Source: a virus (Duplodnaviria > Caudoviricetes). Taken from it: a stretch of 54,310 nucleotides of DNA. Both the position numbers and the translations under genes were made by a program. Below the pieces are notes generated by a model. It saw only the letters and a program-made list of their open reading frames with translations, did no database searches and was not told where the DNA came from. Where the stretch lies: positions 1 to 54,310 of IMG/VR virus record IMGVR_UViG_3300020021_000018, one strand, 5' to 3'. Shown here piece after piece: positions 26,631-36,751 of the stretch. Within the stretch, counting starts at the first letter, position 1. Each line of letters opens with the position of its first letter.

Positions 26631-29303
26631 ATGGGTGAAATCGGCAGGGTCTCCATCGGGGTGGATGGCGATACCACCGGCCTGGAAGGTGATATCAAGC
26701 GCGGAACCCTTATCGCTGCTGAGCGTGCCGAAGGTTCACCCGAATTCGACCATGCCGCTAAGTCTCTCGGTGAAGGTTTCGGCGGCAAGGCCGGCAGTAG
26801 CGCCATGGATAAGTTCGGCAACGAAATCATCAAGGATGCGAATGGTCGCTGGCGTGAGAAGCTGACCGGTAAGTTCGCTGATCTTGGCGATGAGATGGGT
26901 ACGAAGCTCGGAAACAGTATCGGTGACTCGAATGAGAAGACGATATCCAAGCGCGTATCCAACCTCGGTAAGGTGATCCTCCCGAATTGGCTACGTACGA
27001 TCGGTTTCTGGGTTGCCGCCCTCGCACCTGCCGCCCTGCAACTGGCTGCCGTCATCCTCCCTGCCGTCGGAATCGTTGCCGCCATCATCCCGGCCGCCCT
27101 GGGTGCCACTGCCGCCATTGGTGTCCTACGTGCCTCTGTAGCGGGTGTCGGTGGTGCGATCAAGGCCATCGGTGGGCCTACAGCTGCCTACAATGCCGCC
27201 CTGGCGAAGCTGGCACCGGCTGCCCGCTCCTTCGTGCAGGAGGTCGCTAAGGCAAAGCCGGCTCTGCATGATCTTCAGCAGGGTCTGCAAAATGCCTTCT
27301 TCGGTCAGCTGACGGGCGTTGTCACGAATCTCGCGAATGTCCTCCTACCGAAGATCCATAACAGTCTCATCAGTATCGCGACCGACATCGGAAGCTTCGG
27401 TGCGAATCTCGGGAAGACACTCTCCAGTAGTGCCAATGCGACGAAGCTTTCGAGCATCTTCGAAGAATTCGGTAGCGCTATCTTCAAGGCCGGGAAGGCG
27501 ATCGGGCCACTCGTCGATGGCCTCCTGACGATCGGTCATGATGCGGCTCCGATGCTCGGGAGGGCCGCTGACGCCTTCGGTCGCTTCGCAGGCTGGTTCG
27601 ATAGGGTGATCACCTCAGCCTCGAATTCGGGGAAGCTGACGACCTTCTTCAATACGGCCGTGACGGCACTCGACACGATCGGGACCCTCGGGAAGGACGC
27701 CTATCGCGTTGTAGCCGATCTTCTTGGAGCCGCTGCTAAGGCTGGTGGTGGCGGGGCTGTCGTTGGTGTCTTCAATACGATCGCTGACGTCTTCGACCGT
27801 CTCAATAAGGATGGCGCCCTCGTCGCCGTCTTCAAGATCATTAACCAGGCTTTTTCTGTCCTGGGGCAGGTCATCGGACCGCTCATCGAACCACTATCGA
27901 AGCTTGTCCTGGCCCTCGGGAAGGACCTCAGCGACGACCTGACAAGGCTCACCCCTGGACTGGTAAACCTCGTCAATAACGGCCTCGTCCCCCTCCTGGG
28001 TGCCGCCCTGGCCGTACTACCGGCCCTGATGCCGATCGTCACCGTCATGGTTGAACTGGTCAATGCCCTGGCGAGTAACTCGGCCCTCGTCATCACCGTC
28101 CTGAGCGCTTTGACCGCCTGGTTCATCTTCGTCAAGGCGCAGCAGCTGGCTGCCGCGATAGCCGAGATTGTTGTCCAGTTCACTTCCTGGATTGCGGCAG
28201 CCATCGGGCTGGATGTAGCACTCGACGCTAACCCGATCGGTGCTGTCGTCCTGGCGATCGAAGCACTGATCGTCACCGTCGCCGCCATCATCTACCTCTT
28301 CAACAAGTTCGATATCTGGTCCAAGATCTGGGATGCCCTGAAGACGACAGGTGAGGCGATCGGGCACTTCTTCGAAGGCATCGGATCGGCTGTCGCGGAC
28401 TTCTTCACCGTCACCCTCCCAGGCTATTGGGATAGCTTCGTCAACTTCCTCGAAGGCATCCCGGGATTCCTCGTCGACTTCTTTATCGGGATGGCGAAGG
28501 ACACCCTGGAAGGAATCGGTATCGCCATCGGGCTTGCTCTGGCCGCCATCATCGAAGGCCCGAAGCTAGCATTCAAGGCCCTACAGCTCTGGTTCCGACT
28601 TTTCATCGCCTTCTGGACACAACTCGTCCCGGCCGTCATCAATGCTGTCATTGACTTCGGTCCGAAGCTGATCGCGATCTTTGTACGCGCGGCCGGGACG
28701 GTACTGCGCAATGTGCGGAGCTGGGGCAAGGATCTGATGAAGGCGTGGCTTGCCCCGATCACCTACGCCATCGATCACTGGAATAGCTGGATGTCTTTCC
28801 TGCGCAGTGTCCCAGGCAAGATCATTGGTCTGGTTCCGAAGATGCTCGGCGCCGGACTCGCCCTGATCAAGGGATTCTTCAAGGGCCTCGGTGGCGCCGG
28901 GGCTTCAGTTGGTGACTTGGCGAGTCACATCGTCAGCTCAATCAAGGGTGCCCTCAATGGCGCCATCAACCAGATCAATAAGGGGATCAATAAGGTCGGT
29001 GGGATCATCCACATCAACCTCCCCAATATCCCCACCTTCGCCTCAGGCGGCATCGTTAGTGGGCCGACACTGCTGATCGCTGGCGAGCGTAATCCTGAGG
29101 TCATTCTGCCGACCGATAACCCACGACGCGCGGCACAACTACTACGTCAGTCCGGCCTGGAGCAGAGCCTCGGTATGGGTGCACCGAATGTCAACGTTGT
29201 TGTCAAGATCGGGGAGCGTGAGTTGACAGACATCGTCTCCACCGAGGTGAGTGCCGCGAACGAAGAGACGGCGATGGCGCTATCGCACGGGACGCGTGGC
29301 TGA
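26631..29303 (+). CDS. Tape measure protein
   Basis: 890 aa, amphipathic Ala/Leu-rich; ANPIG motif, Trp/Phe periodicity, FASGGIV..P..AGE..PEVILP tail. Confidence 0.92.
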   Translation: MGEIGRVSIGVDGDTTGLEGDIKRGTLIAAERAEGSPEFDHAAKSLGEGFGGKAGSSAMDKFGNEIIKDANGRWREKLTGKFADLGDEMGTKLGNSIGDSNEKTISKRVSNLGKVILPNWLRTIGFWVAALAPAALQLAAVILPAVGIVAAIIPAALGATAAIGVLRASVAGVGGAIKAIGGPTAAYNAALAKLAPAARSFVQEVAKAKPALHDLQQGLQNAFFGQLTGVVTNLANVLLPKIHNSLISIATDIGSFGANLGKTLSSSANATKLSSIFEEFGSAIFKAGKAIGPLVDGLLTIGHDAAPMLGRAADAFGRFAGWFDRVITSASNSGKLTTFFNTAVTALDTIGTLGKDAYRVVADLLGAAAKAGGGGAVVGVFNTIADVFDRLNKDGALVAVFKIINQAFSVLGQVIGPLIEPLSKLVLALGKDLSDDLTRLTPGLVNLVNNGLVPLLGAALAVLPALMPIVTVMVELVNALASNSALVITVLSALTAWFIFVKAQQLAAAIAEIVVQFTSWIAAAIGLDVALDANPIGAVVLAIEALIVTVAAIIYLFNKFDIWSKIWDALKTTGEAIGHFFEGIGSAVADFFTVTLPGYWDSFVNFLEGIPGFLVDFFIGMAKDTLEGIGIAIGLALAAIIEGPKLAFKALQLWFRLFIAFWTQLVPAVINAVIDFGPKLIAIFVRAAGTVLRNVRSWGKDLMKAWLAPITYAIDHWNSWMSFLRSVPGKIIGLVPKMLGAGLALIKGFFKGLGGAGASVGDLASHIVSSIKGALNGAINQINKGINKVGGIIHINLPNIPTFASGGIVSGPTLLIAGERNPEVILPTDNPRRAAQLLRQSGLEQSLGMGAPNVNVVVKIGERELTDIVSTEVSAANEETAMALSHGTRG

Positions 29304-29304
29304 C

Positions 29305-30258
29305 ATGACTATCATGGTCCTCGCGCAGCCGATCCAGGCGAATGTGCTGATCCAGATCTACTGGGCTCCACCGGCCACACATGCCCGGGTGCAGCGTGTC
29401 GAAGCGGACGGCACAACGGCAACAGTGCGACCCAATACCAGTACCGATGCCACCGGCGAATACATGCTTCTGTCCGGTGGCGCGGCACTCCTGTATGACA
29501 CCGAGGCACCTTTCGATGTCCCCATCTTCTACATCACCGATGATGGCGCGGGAGGTCTCGATACTTCCGATGTGATTGTCCTACCGTCGTCGCAGCATCT
29601 CTTCCTACGTGACCCGGTCAATCCTGCCTACAACATCCGCATCGGTCTCACCCCGCCCCCTTCCTGGCCGGAATGCGTCCCCGGTGACGGGATCTTCTAC
29701 ATCCCGCCAGGTGACACGAATCGTGGCGTGCAGTCAACGAACTGGTCGGTGAATAACCGTTCCACCCCGATCTCTTTGACGCAGGTGCGTGCAGCGCCGG
29801 CATCGAGTTTGAATCTGGTTCTGCGTACGTGGGCTGACCGTGACGTCTTGGATGCCCTGATGGCTGCCGGGAATGCGCTACTTCTGGATACGCCGGCCAA
29901 GTACGGGATTTCGCGCCGATACATCGCTGTCGGGGATACCGTCAATAGCATCCTGTCGCGTGATACGACACGTCAGTGGACTGTTTCGACACTCCCCTAT
30001 CAGACGGTGTCACGCCCCGGTGGCCTCTCCTACGGGACTCTCGGAACACGCTGGGTCGACATCTGCAACGTCTACTCCACCTTCGGCGCAGCCACGGCAG
30101 CCGGCTTGACCTATCGCCGTGTCCTCCTCGGACAGGCATCCACCTTGGCGCCCCCTGCTGCCCTGCGCACGTGGGGTCAGGTCAATACCGACTTCGCCAA
30201 CTGGGGTCTGGTCAATAGCCACTTCCCCGACTGGGGTCATGTCTTGAGTGGTCCCTGA
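29305..30258 (+). CDS. Minor tail protein (distal tail-like)
   Basis: First gene after the tape measure; YDTEAPFDVPIFY motif. Confidence 0.7.
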   Translation: MTIMVLAQPIQANVLIQIYWAPPATHARVQRVEADGTTATVRPNTSTDATGEYMLLSGGAALLYDTEAPFDVPIFYITDDGAGGLDTSDVIVLPSSQHLFLRDPVNPAYNIRIGLTPPPSWPECVPGDGIFYIPPGDTNRGVQSTNWSVNNRSTPISLTQVRAAPASSLNLVLRTWADRDVLDALMAAGNALLLDTPAKYGISRRYIAVGDTVNSILSRDTTRQWTVSTLPYQTVSRPGGLSYGTLGTRWVDICNVYSTFGAATAAGLTYRRVLLGQASTLAPPAALRTWGQVNTDFANWGLVNSHFPDWGHVLSGP

Positions 30259-31403
30259 TGCTCCCTGGTGGCCTTGATCCTCTTTACCGCCAGATCCTGG
30301 CAGGACCGCATCGTCTCGTTACACGTGTCGAGGTTTGGAATCCTCTCCTGAATGAGAGGATCGACCCTTTCGGCGATGATGGTGTCCCCTATGGCCAGGG
30401 AAGTATCTCAGCGACTCTGACGTCACGTGTGGCGCGAGTCTGCTCGCTGAGCCTGGATCGGTCCCTCTTCCCGGCCGACCCGAGTGGCCTGATGGCACCC
30501 TTCGGCAACTATCTCAAGATCTACTCGGGCGTGGAGGGTTGGGGCGGTCCCGACTACATGTGGCTCGTCTTCGTTGGACGCATCAATGACATCACCATGT
30601 CGGATCCGGGAACGGTCTCCCTGACCGGTATCGATCGTGCCGGTGATGTGCAGGACGCCTACTTCGGTCACCCATTCCAGTCGGCTACCGGAACCCTCGT
30701 CGGTCAACAGTTCCGGACCCTCGTCACAGGCGCCCTACCTGATGCAACCTTCGGAAGCTTCGACGACAATGCCTTCATTCCGACACCTAACCTCATTTGG
30801 GAAAATGACCGGGCATCAGCCTGTGACTCTCTCGCGCAGACCGGAAACATGTTCTGGTATCCCCTCGCCAATGGCGACTTCGTTCTACGTCAGGTGGCCT
30901 GGACAGTGGCACAGGTGCCTCTTCTGACTTTGACTGACGGGGATGGCGGAACCCTCCTCAATTGGTCTGTCGGATACAGCCGAACCGATGTCGCTAACTC
31001 CATCATTGTCGCGGGTGAGTTGGCTGATGGTTCTTCACCTGTCTACGGTTTCGCATCAGATCTGGATCCGGCATCCCCGACCTACATCAATGGCAAATAT
31101 GGGGTGAAGACCCAATTCGTCTCCGTCCAGGGTGTCAGTACAGCAGGTCAGGCAACTTCTCTTGCCAATACCTATCTGAAGCAGTCGAAGGCTCTGACCG
31201 ATACGTGGACTGCACAGATCCCGTCGGATCCGGCGATGGAGCTGGGTGACGCGATTCTGCTTCAGGGGTCGATCGGTAATGGCCAGTTCCGTACCTCCTC
31301 TATCCAGACCGTTACCGGTTTCACTTTGAGTCTCGATTCACGTGACACCATGAATGTGAGTTTGCGCGCGCAAGTACCTACCGAAAATCCGCTTCCTGAT
31401 TAG
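30258..31403 (+). CDS. Minor tail protein (baseplate hub-like)
   Basis: Second gene after the tape measure; WENDRASA, DLDPASPTY..GKYG, P.MELGD. Confidence 0.75.
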   Translation: MLPGGLDPLYRQILAGPHRLVTRVEVWNPLLNERIDPFGDDGVPYGQGSISATLTSRVARVCSLSLDRSLFPADPSGLMAPFGNYLKIYSGVEGWGGPDYMWLVFVGRINDITMSDPGTVSLTGIDRAGDVQDAYFGHPFQSATGTLVGQQFRTLVTGALPDATFGSFDDNAFIPTPNLIWENDRASACDSLAQTGNMFWYPLANGDFVLRQVAWTVAQVPLLTLTDGDGGTLLNWSVGYSRTDVANSIIVAGELADGSSPVYGFASDLDPASPTYINGKYGVKTQFVSVQGVSTAGQATSLANTYLKQSKALTDTWTAQIPSDPAMELGDAILLQGSIGNGQFRTSSIQTVTGFTLSLDSRDTMNVSLRAQVPTENPLPD

Positions 31404-31412
31404 GATGATCCC

Positions 31413-31964
31413 GTGGCTAGTACCCCGCTTTACAATCTCCCCTACTACGCTGCTGGCGATCCGGCGAACTTCCCTGTCGATTCTCCGGCGATGATGAATG
31501 CGACCGAGTCCGCTATCAAGGGCTTGACCATCATCAAGCCATCCGATCAGACGCTTGCGACGACAACGTTGACGGATGACACGGCTCTCATTTCGGCCGT
31601 CCAGTCGACTGCTGTCTACGAGGTCGAGTTGAAACTCCTCTACGGCGCCCTGACCGGTATCGGGATCAAGATCGGCTGGACCTTCCCGGTTGGAGCCACA
31701 ATGAACTGGTGTGCTGATGGTCTCGCATCGGCTGTTGTCGTCACTTCCGGAATCATCCTGCGCGCCGGGCAGATCATCACCGATGCTGTCACGCTTGGTT
31801 CGGCGGCAGCCGTAGCAACCAATGTTTGGGCCTATCCGAAGGGGATCCTCACCATCGGTGGTACAGCCGGGAACCTGCGCCTGCAATGGGCTCAAGGTGC
31901 AGCTAGCGGTACCGGCACTGTCGTCCGGGCCGGTTCGCAGTTGAAGCTGAAGCGTATCGGATGA
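31413..31964 (+). CDS. Minor tail protein
   Basis: TPLYNLPY N-terminus; LQWAQ...T.VRAGS.L C-terminus. Confidence 0.65.
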   Translation: MASTPLYNLPYYAAGDPANFPVDSPAMMNATESAIKGLTIIKPSDQTLATTTLTDDTALISAVQSTAVYEVELKLLYGALTGIGIKIGWTFPVGATMNWCADGLASAVVVTSGIILRAGQIITDAVTLGSAAAVATNVWAYPKGILTIGGTAGNLRLQWAQGAASGTGTVVRAGSQLKLKRIG

Positions 31965-32497
31965 GTAGAGCCTCAGGTCTGCGTGCCGCATCATCGAAGG
32001 CGGTCGCCGCTTCGGTTCAGAAGTCGCAGCCGCCCAACTTCGCGATGCGTACCGGGATCGTCATCTCCATCGAGAGTCCTTCGACTTTGACTGTCGACAT
32101 CTCGGGCTCGACGATACCCAATATGCCGTACCTGAGTAGCTATTCGCCCCTACCGGGCGACAATGTGCAGATCTTGAAGATGGATAACACCTGGATCGTC
32201 ATCGGATCAGTCGGGATGGCAACCCATCACGCCATGTTCGGTGAAGCTGGCGAGGTCAATATCGCCGCCTTCGGTGCGACGACAGTCTTCACACAGACGG
32301 TGCCTTTTGCTTTCCCTTTCTCGATCCGTCCCGTCGTCATGGTCAATATTGATTCGGCTGCTACGGAGACGAACCTTTTCTGGGCTAAGGCTGCGACGAT
32401 CACTACGATAGATTTCTCGCTGAGACTCACATGTGCGACAGCAACAGCCTTCACAGCGACTCGCACGATTCAGTGGCTCGCGATCGAGCAGGGGTGA
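31961..32497 (+). CDS. Minor tail protein (OB-fold-like plus H-type lectin-like domain)
   Basis: YLSSYSPLPGDNV.I...W.VIG; F..PFSIRPVV...W.AI. Confidence 0.6.
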   Translation: MSRASGLRAASSKAVAASVQKSQPPNFAMRTGIVISIESPSTLTVDISGSTIPNMPYLSSYSPLPGDNVQILKMDNTWIVIGSVGMATHHAMFGEAGEVNIAAFGATTVFTQTVPFAFPFSIRPVVMVNIDSAATETNLFWAKAATITTIDFSLRLTCATATAFTATRTIQWLAIEQG

Positions 32498-32503
32498 TCT
32501 GAT

Positions 32504-33112
32504 ATGACGAGTGTGACGGGGACATGGCAGATCCCTTACCCGGATTCAACTGATCGTCTATGTGACGGCTACACCATCATCGATTCGATGGCGGATCGTC
32601 TGGATCTTCTCCTGGGCCAGTTCACTGATGACCTGGCGCGTGTCGAGGTCATTCCTTACGCCTCGATCCATACAGATGTCGACCAGTCTTTCTCGACGAA
32701 TCTGCCGGGCTTCGGATCACCTCAGTTGATCATCTCCTACGATACGGTCTTCGCCGATACGGTGAGCTGGACAAATCTCGCCATCCTCCCGGCCATGATT
32801 ACGGTACGTCCGGCCGGAACTGCCTCCGGTGGCTACTTCGCTGTCGTCCTCAACATCCGTGGCTTCACCAATAATGCGGCCGGCACGAGCTACTTCCAGA
32901 GCTATATGGCGGTCAATTCAACGGCAACAGATCCTGGCGCGACAGTCTATGGCGAGGATGGGAGTGTCAATATGGGTGGTACCGCCGTGAAGATGTTCCC
33001 GACGAATGTTCCGGCGCAACTCTTCTCCGAAATGCGCGCCAATAACTTGGGGCAGCCGACTGCGACATTGACTTCAGCGAGCTTTATCGCATTCTGGGTG
33101 GCGGACCAATGA
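32504..33112 (+). CDS. Minor tail protein
   Basis: IPYPDSTD N-terminus; tail cluster. Confidence 0.6.
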   Translation: MTSVTGTWQIPYPDSTDRLCDGYTIIDSMADRLDLLLGQFTDDLARVEVIPYASIHTDVDQSFSTNLPGFGSPQLIISYDTVFADTVSWTNLAILPAMITVRPAGTASGGYFAVVLNIRGFTNNAAGTSYFQSYMAVNSTATDPGATVYGEDGSVNMGGTAVKMFPTNVPAQLFSEMRANNLGQPTATLTSASFIAFWVADQ

Positions 33113-33735
33113 AAGAGACGGAACGCTTCTCTCTTCCGAAGCCTGAAGGTCAGGACTTCGCCGATGGCGCATTGCAATTGCAGGCATTGGCCGAAGCCGT
33201 CGATATCGACCTATCCAATTTGCAGCAGTCGTTAACGAATAGTCTACGAACGCCTGCCTATATCGGGGTCTCTACAGCAACGGTAACTATCGCCTCGACA
33301 GAGGTTCTTCAGCTATTCGATGATGCGACAAACATCTTCAACCTAACTGGCTTCACCACTGTTTACAATAATGGTTTCGCTAATCCATTCACCATTCCGG
33401 AGCAGGGTTCCTACCTATTCGGATGCTACGGAGTTGTCACTTGTGATGGCGCCGTCAATGCGAATACATTGCGACGATTCATCATTGCCGCATCGGTTCC
33501 GAATGGACCCCAGTTCACTTCGCAGAAGTCGTATTCCTATTGGGAGCAGACTCTGCAAGCTCCGGCTGCTTCTTCATATCTGTGCGCGGCTGGCACATTC
33601 GACTATCAAGTGATCGGTGATGCCCGTCCGAAGATTCTCTGGTGGGGTTTCGAGCACGACAATACGAGTTCCACCGTCACCATGGCCACCGGCGCACTTT
33701 GGTGGGTCATCAAAATCTCTGACCTTGCGAGCTGA
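33109..33735 (+). CDS. Minor tail protein
   Basis: LPKPEGQD...QALAEAVD N-terminus. Confidence 0.6.
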   Translation: MKETERFSLPKPEGQDFADGALQLQALAEAVDIDLSNLQQSLTNSLRTPAYIGVSTATVTIASTEVLQLFDDATNIFNLTGFTTVYNNGFANPFTIPEQGSYLFGCYGVVTCDGAVNANTLRRFIIAASVPNGPQFTSQKSYSYWEQTLQAPAASSYLCAAGTFDYQVIGDARPKILWWGFEHDNTSSTVTMATGALWWVIKISDLAS

Positions 33736-33737
33736 CG

Positions 33738-34289
33738 ATGCCTGGATTCACACCGAACCTGAGCCTTACGTATCCGACGATCGATGACGTCATCGATGCG
33801 GCAGCTTGGCAGACCCTTTCGAATCAAATCGATGCCCAGCTTTCAGTGACGGATCTGCTACGTCAGCAGACGTTGCACCGGCCGACGGTTAACTGCACCG
33901 GATTCACGGCCGGCGTGGCACCCGCCACCACGACGAATATCAACTTCAATACGTCGATCTGGACGATCCCTTCCACCTTCCACAGCACATCCGTTAACAA
34001 TGATCAGTTCCTTGTCCCCAGCTCCGGCCTCTACTTCGTCACCGGTGACGTCAGTGCCAATAGCGGCACGACTGAGACGCGCCTCGTCGGAGGCGTATCG
34101 CTGAATGGAACCGTCTACTTCCAGGCCTCTAACGCAGGCAATACTCTTGTCGTATCCATCTCCTGCAATCCGAAGGGCCTGATCGCATGCAATGCCGGAG
34201 ACATCATCCGTGTCTTCGGTAACTGGGCCGGGACGGGTACAGCAACCCTTGGTGCGGATGTCCAGATCTTCAAATTGGCTAACCTGTGA
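33738..34289 (+). CDS. Minor tail protein with C1q-like beta domain
   Basis: TPNLSLTYP N-terminus; F.VPSSGLY.V...NAGDII. Confidence 0.65.
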   Translation: MPGFTPNLSLTYPTIDDVIDAAAWQTLSNQIDAQLSVTDLLRQQTLHRPTVNCTGFTAGVAPATTTNINFNTSIWTIPSTFHSTSVNNDQFLVPSSGLYFVTGDVSANSGTTETRLVGGVSLNGTVYFQASNAGNTLVVSISCNPKGLIACNAGDIIRVFGNWAGTGTATLGADVQIFKLANL

Positions 34290-34324
34290 TTGTTTGCTTT
34301 ATCAATTAAAGCTAGGATGCGATC

Positions 34325-35305
34325 ATGACAGCCGGATGGGTTCCGATATTCGACGACTCATTCCAGCGTGTCCCCGTAAACAATTACGACGCTGTATATG
34401 CCGATGGCTTCCGCGTCATGGCTGGCTACGTAGCCGGTGGCTCATCCGATAAGTGGGTCACCGCAGGCGAAATCAGAATGTGGCTAGCCACAGGTAGCGA
34501 CACTGGCTTCCTACCCCTCTTCGAGGCCAAAGGTGATGAGCCTGTCACCTCCCCCAATTCCGGCGGAGTCCACGCCAGGGCGGCACGTGCGGGATGCCGA
34601 GTACGCAGTGTCCCCGATACCTGTGTCATCAGTCCTGCCATGGATCGTAATATCACTATGGCGCAAGCTCAAGGACCTGTCGCCCAATACATGTCGGCCT
34701 GGAAGAGGGCCGATACGAAGCCTCCGCTTCCCTATGTCGAACTGGACGCTGGCGCTTATCTCTTCCGGGCCGGCGATACGGTGGGAACGGGTACTCCGGC
34801 TGCCTATTCCTGGGATCCGGGTGGCAATCTGATCACACCCGATAACGCTCCGAGTCATGTCCTTTGGACGCAGGAACATAATGGCAAGGCACTGCATGGT
34901 GGCGTTGTCGATATCGGGCACGTCAGACTCACCGCACCTATCTATTGGAGTAGGTCAATGACTACAGCACCTTTGGATGCGGCCGACGTCGCCACCATTC
35001 TGCATACCGACGGCATCATCCCCAATATCGACCTTCTCGCCTATCGCCCTGATTCTCCAGCGCACTCACCGGCCGGGACGAATAAGTTCGTCGCCTGGCA
35101 GACCCTCGTCATTGAGACGGCAGCCGATGCCCACTTCGCGCGCGTAGCGGCTGAGGCGGCTCTGGCGCAAAGTAAGGCCAATGCTGTCGCTATCGCCAAG
35201 ATCCCGACGACGTCTCTTCCGCCTGGCCCGATGCTTCAGTCGGATGTGGATCGGATCGCCGCTGCCGTCCTGGCCGGTATAACGCTGGTACAGAAGACTC
35301 CATGA
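34325..35305 (+). CDS. Endolysin, glycoside-hydrolase type (DUF1906/GH25-like)
   Basis: GF...AGYV....K.VT..E...FLPLFE...A..A; follows tail genes and precedes membrane proteins. Confidence 0.7.
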   Translation: MTAGWVPIFDDSFQRVPVNNYDAVYADGFRVMAGYVAGGSSDKWVTAGEIRMWLATGSDTGFLPLFEAKGDEPVTSPNSGGVHARAARAGCRVRSVPDTCVISPAMDRNITMAQAQGPVAQYMSAWKRADTKPPLPYVELDAGAYLFRAGDTVGTGTPAAYSWDPGGNLITPDNAPSHVLWTQEHNGKALHGGVVDIGHVRLTAPIYWSRSMTTAPLDAADVATILHTDGIIPNIDLLAYRPDSPAHSPAGTNKFVAWQTLVIETAADAHFARVAAEAALAQSKANAVAIAKIPTTSLPPGPMLQSDVDRIAAAVLAGITLVQKTP

Positions 35306-35649
35306 ATCTGGTGAGCCTCGGAGCTGACGTCACAGCCGTCGTCGCCGTCCTGGGGCTCGGTGTCTTGGTGCGTAAAAGCTTCCGGAAGGTCAATAACTTC
35401 GTCGATGATCTGACAGGTGAACCTGCCCGCCCTGGCGTTCCGGCGCGCCCCGGCGTGATGGAGAGGTTGCAGCAGCAGGAGTTACGATCCGACGATTTTG
35501 ATCGTGGTCAGCTGCACATCATTCGTCAGGTGTCCGGCCTGGACACAAGGATCATGTCGGTGGAGGCGCAGCTCAGCCCAAATCACGGCACTTCTATGCA
35601 TGACCGCCTGATACGTATTGAGCAGAAGATGAATGAGGGTGTGCTATGA
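35302..35649 (+). CDS. Lysis-cassette membrane protein
   Basis: N-terminal TM helix; GEPARPGVPARPGVMERL and PNHGTSMHD motifs. Confidence 0.65.
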   Translation: MNLVSLGADVTAVVAVLGLGVLVRKSFRKVNNFVDDLTGEPARPGVPARPGVMERLQQQELRSDDFDRGQLHIIRQVSGLDTRIMSVEAQLSPNHGTSMHDRLIRIEQKMNEGVL

Positions 35650-35894
35650 GTGCCACGGATACCGTCATTGTCATCACGGCCATCGGTGGCCTCGTCGTCA
35701 CTGTCGGTGGGCAGTCTCTGATCCTTCTGAAGCAGTGGCAGCAGGGTAAGGCGATCAAGACGACGCAGGACGATGTCAGCACGGTTAAGAATCTGACGAA
35801 TGGGAATCATCAGGTTCTGCTGGCACGTGTCGATCAGCTTCAGAACACGATCAGTGATGCCGGCGGTACGATCCCAGCATCACCTAAGGAGTGA
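35646..35894 (+). CDS. Single-TM membrane protein
   Basis: Hydrophobic N-terminus followed by a coiled segment. Confidence 0.6.
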   Translation: MSATDTVIVITAIGGLVVTVGGQSLILLKQWQQGKAIKTTQDDVSTVKNLTNGNHQVLLARVDQLQNTISDAGGTIPASPKE

Positions 35895-35897
35895 TCG

Positions 35898-36050
35898 ATG
35901 AGAACTCTCCAAGCAATCCTCTACCTGGTCGGGGTGGCTCTTCTCGTCCTGGCCGCAATCGGGGTACGCGCCACCGTCTCCCTCGCCCTCCTCGGGGCCG
36001 CGTGCCTAGCTCTGGCCTTCGCCGTCCCGACAATCCACGCCGGCTTCTGA
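35898..36050 (+). CDS. 50-aa two-TM protein, holin candidate (absent from ORF track)
   Basis: Own translation MRTLQAILYLVGVALLVLAAIGVRATVSLALLGAACLALAFAVPTIHAGF; AAGGAG RBS. Confidence 0.6.
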   Translation: MRTLQAILYLVGVALLVLAAIGVRATVSLALLGAACLALAFAVPTIHAGF

Positions 36051-36054
36051 CGTC

Positions 36055-36420
36055 ATGCCTCTGCGGCGAACCGCGTACGTCTGGACCGTGCACTATGACG
36101 ATCCTCTGATGGCGCACGCGGTCGCTGAGCGGGTTTCTGAAGGTATCCAGATCTGGCTCGCGATGTATCCGAAGACCTTCTCAGATGGCTGGATGGCTGG
36201 AACCCAGTTCGGTCTCCTACAGGTCGGGATGACGGTCACGCGACGCGACCGCTGGGAATGCCAACGTCAGGCACGCAAATTCGCACACGCTCTCGCAGTC
36301 AAAGCAAAAGTCCGGATGGCTGAAGTAGCCGATCCGGACCCTGCTAACCTGCCGTCACACGATCACCGGGGACGTAGACGCTTCCTGGCACCCAAGTATC
36401 TGGAGACCTCCGGTGGCTAG
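36055..36420 (+). CDS. Hypothetical protein
   Basis: Tiles with neighbouring genes. Confidence 0.55.
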   Translation: MPLRRTAYVWTVHYDDPLMAHAVAERVSEGIQIWLAMYPKTFSDGWMAGTQFGLLQVGMTVTRRDRWECQRQARKFAHALAVKAKVRMAEVADPDPANLPSHDHRGRRRFLAPKYLETSGG

Positions 36421-36751
36421 ACTTCAAATCCCTGTCAATGGGATCACGCACTACGCGACGACTCTGAGTGTGACACCTGTCTTCAATACCCTCGGCCTCT
36501 ACATGGTCAATAATGGTGTCACGTTTCTGGAGATCACCACGATCTCATCCTTCTCCGAGACTGTCACAATCCAGGTCCCTGCCGGAGCGGACACCAATCT
36601 CACCGTCGGGCCGCGCACCTTCAGCATCCCCACCGGTGCTACCGCCGTCTACAAGACGGGCTTCTTCCCCGTCAAGACCTACGGTTCGCAGCTCATCATC
36701 GACGTCTCCAGTAGTGATCTGCGCTTCGCCGCCTACACCTTCAGCGCCTAG
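36413..36751 (+). CDS. Small beta-rich protein, possibly virion-associated
   Basis: Last plus-strand gene of the central module. Confidence 0.55.
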   Translation: MARLQIPVNGITHYATTLSVTPVFNTLGLYMVNNGVTFLEITTISSFSETVTIQVPAGADTNLTVGPRTFSIPTGATAVYKTGFFPVKTYGSQLIIDVSSSDLRFAAYTFSA

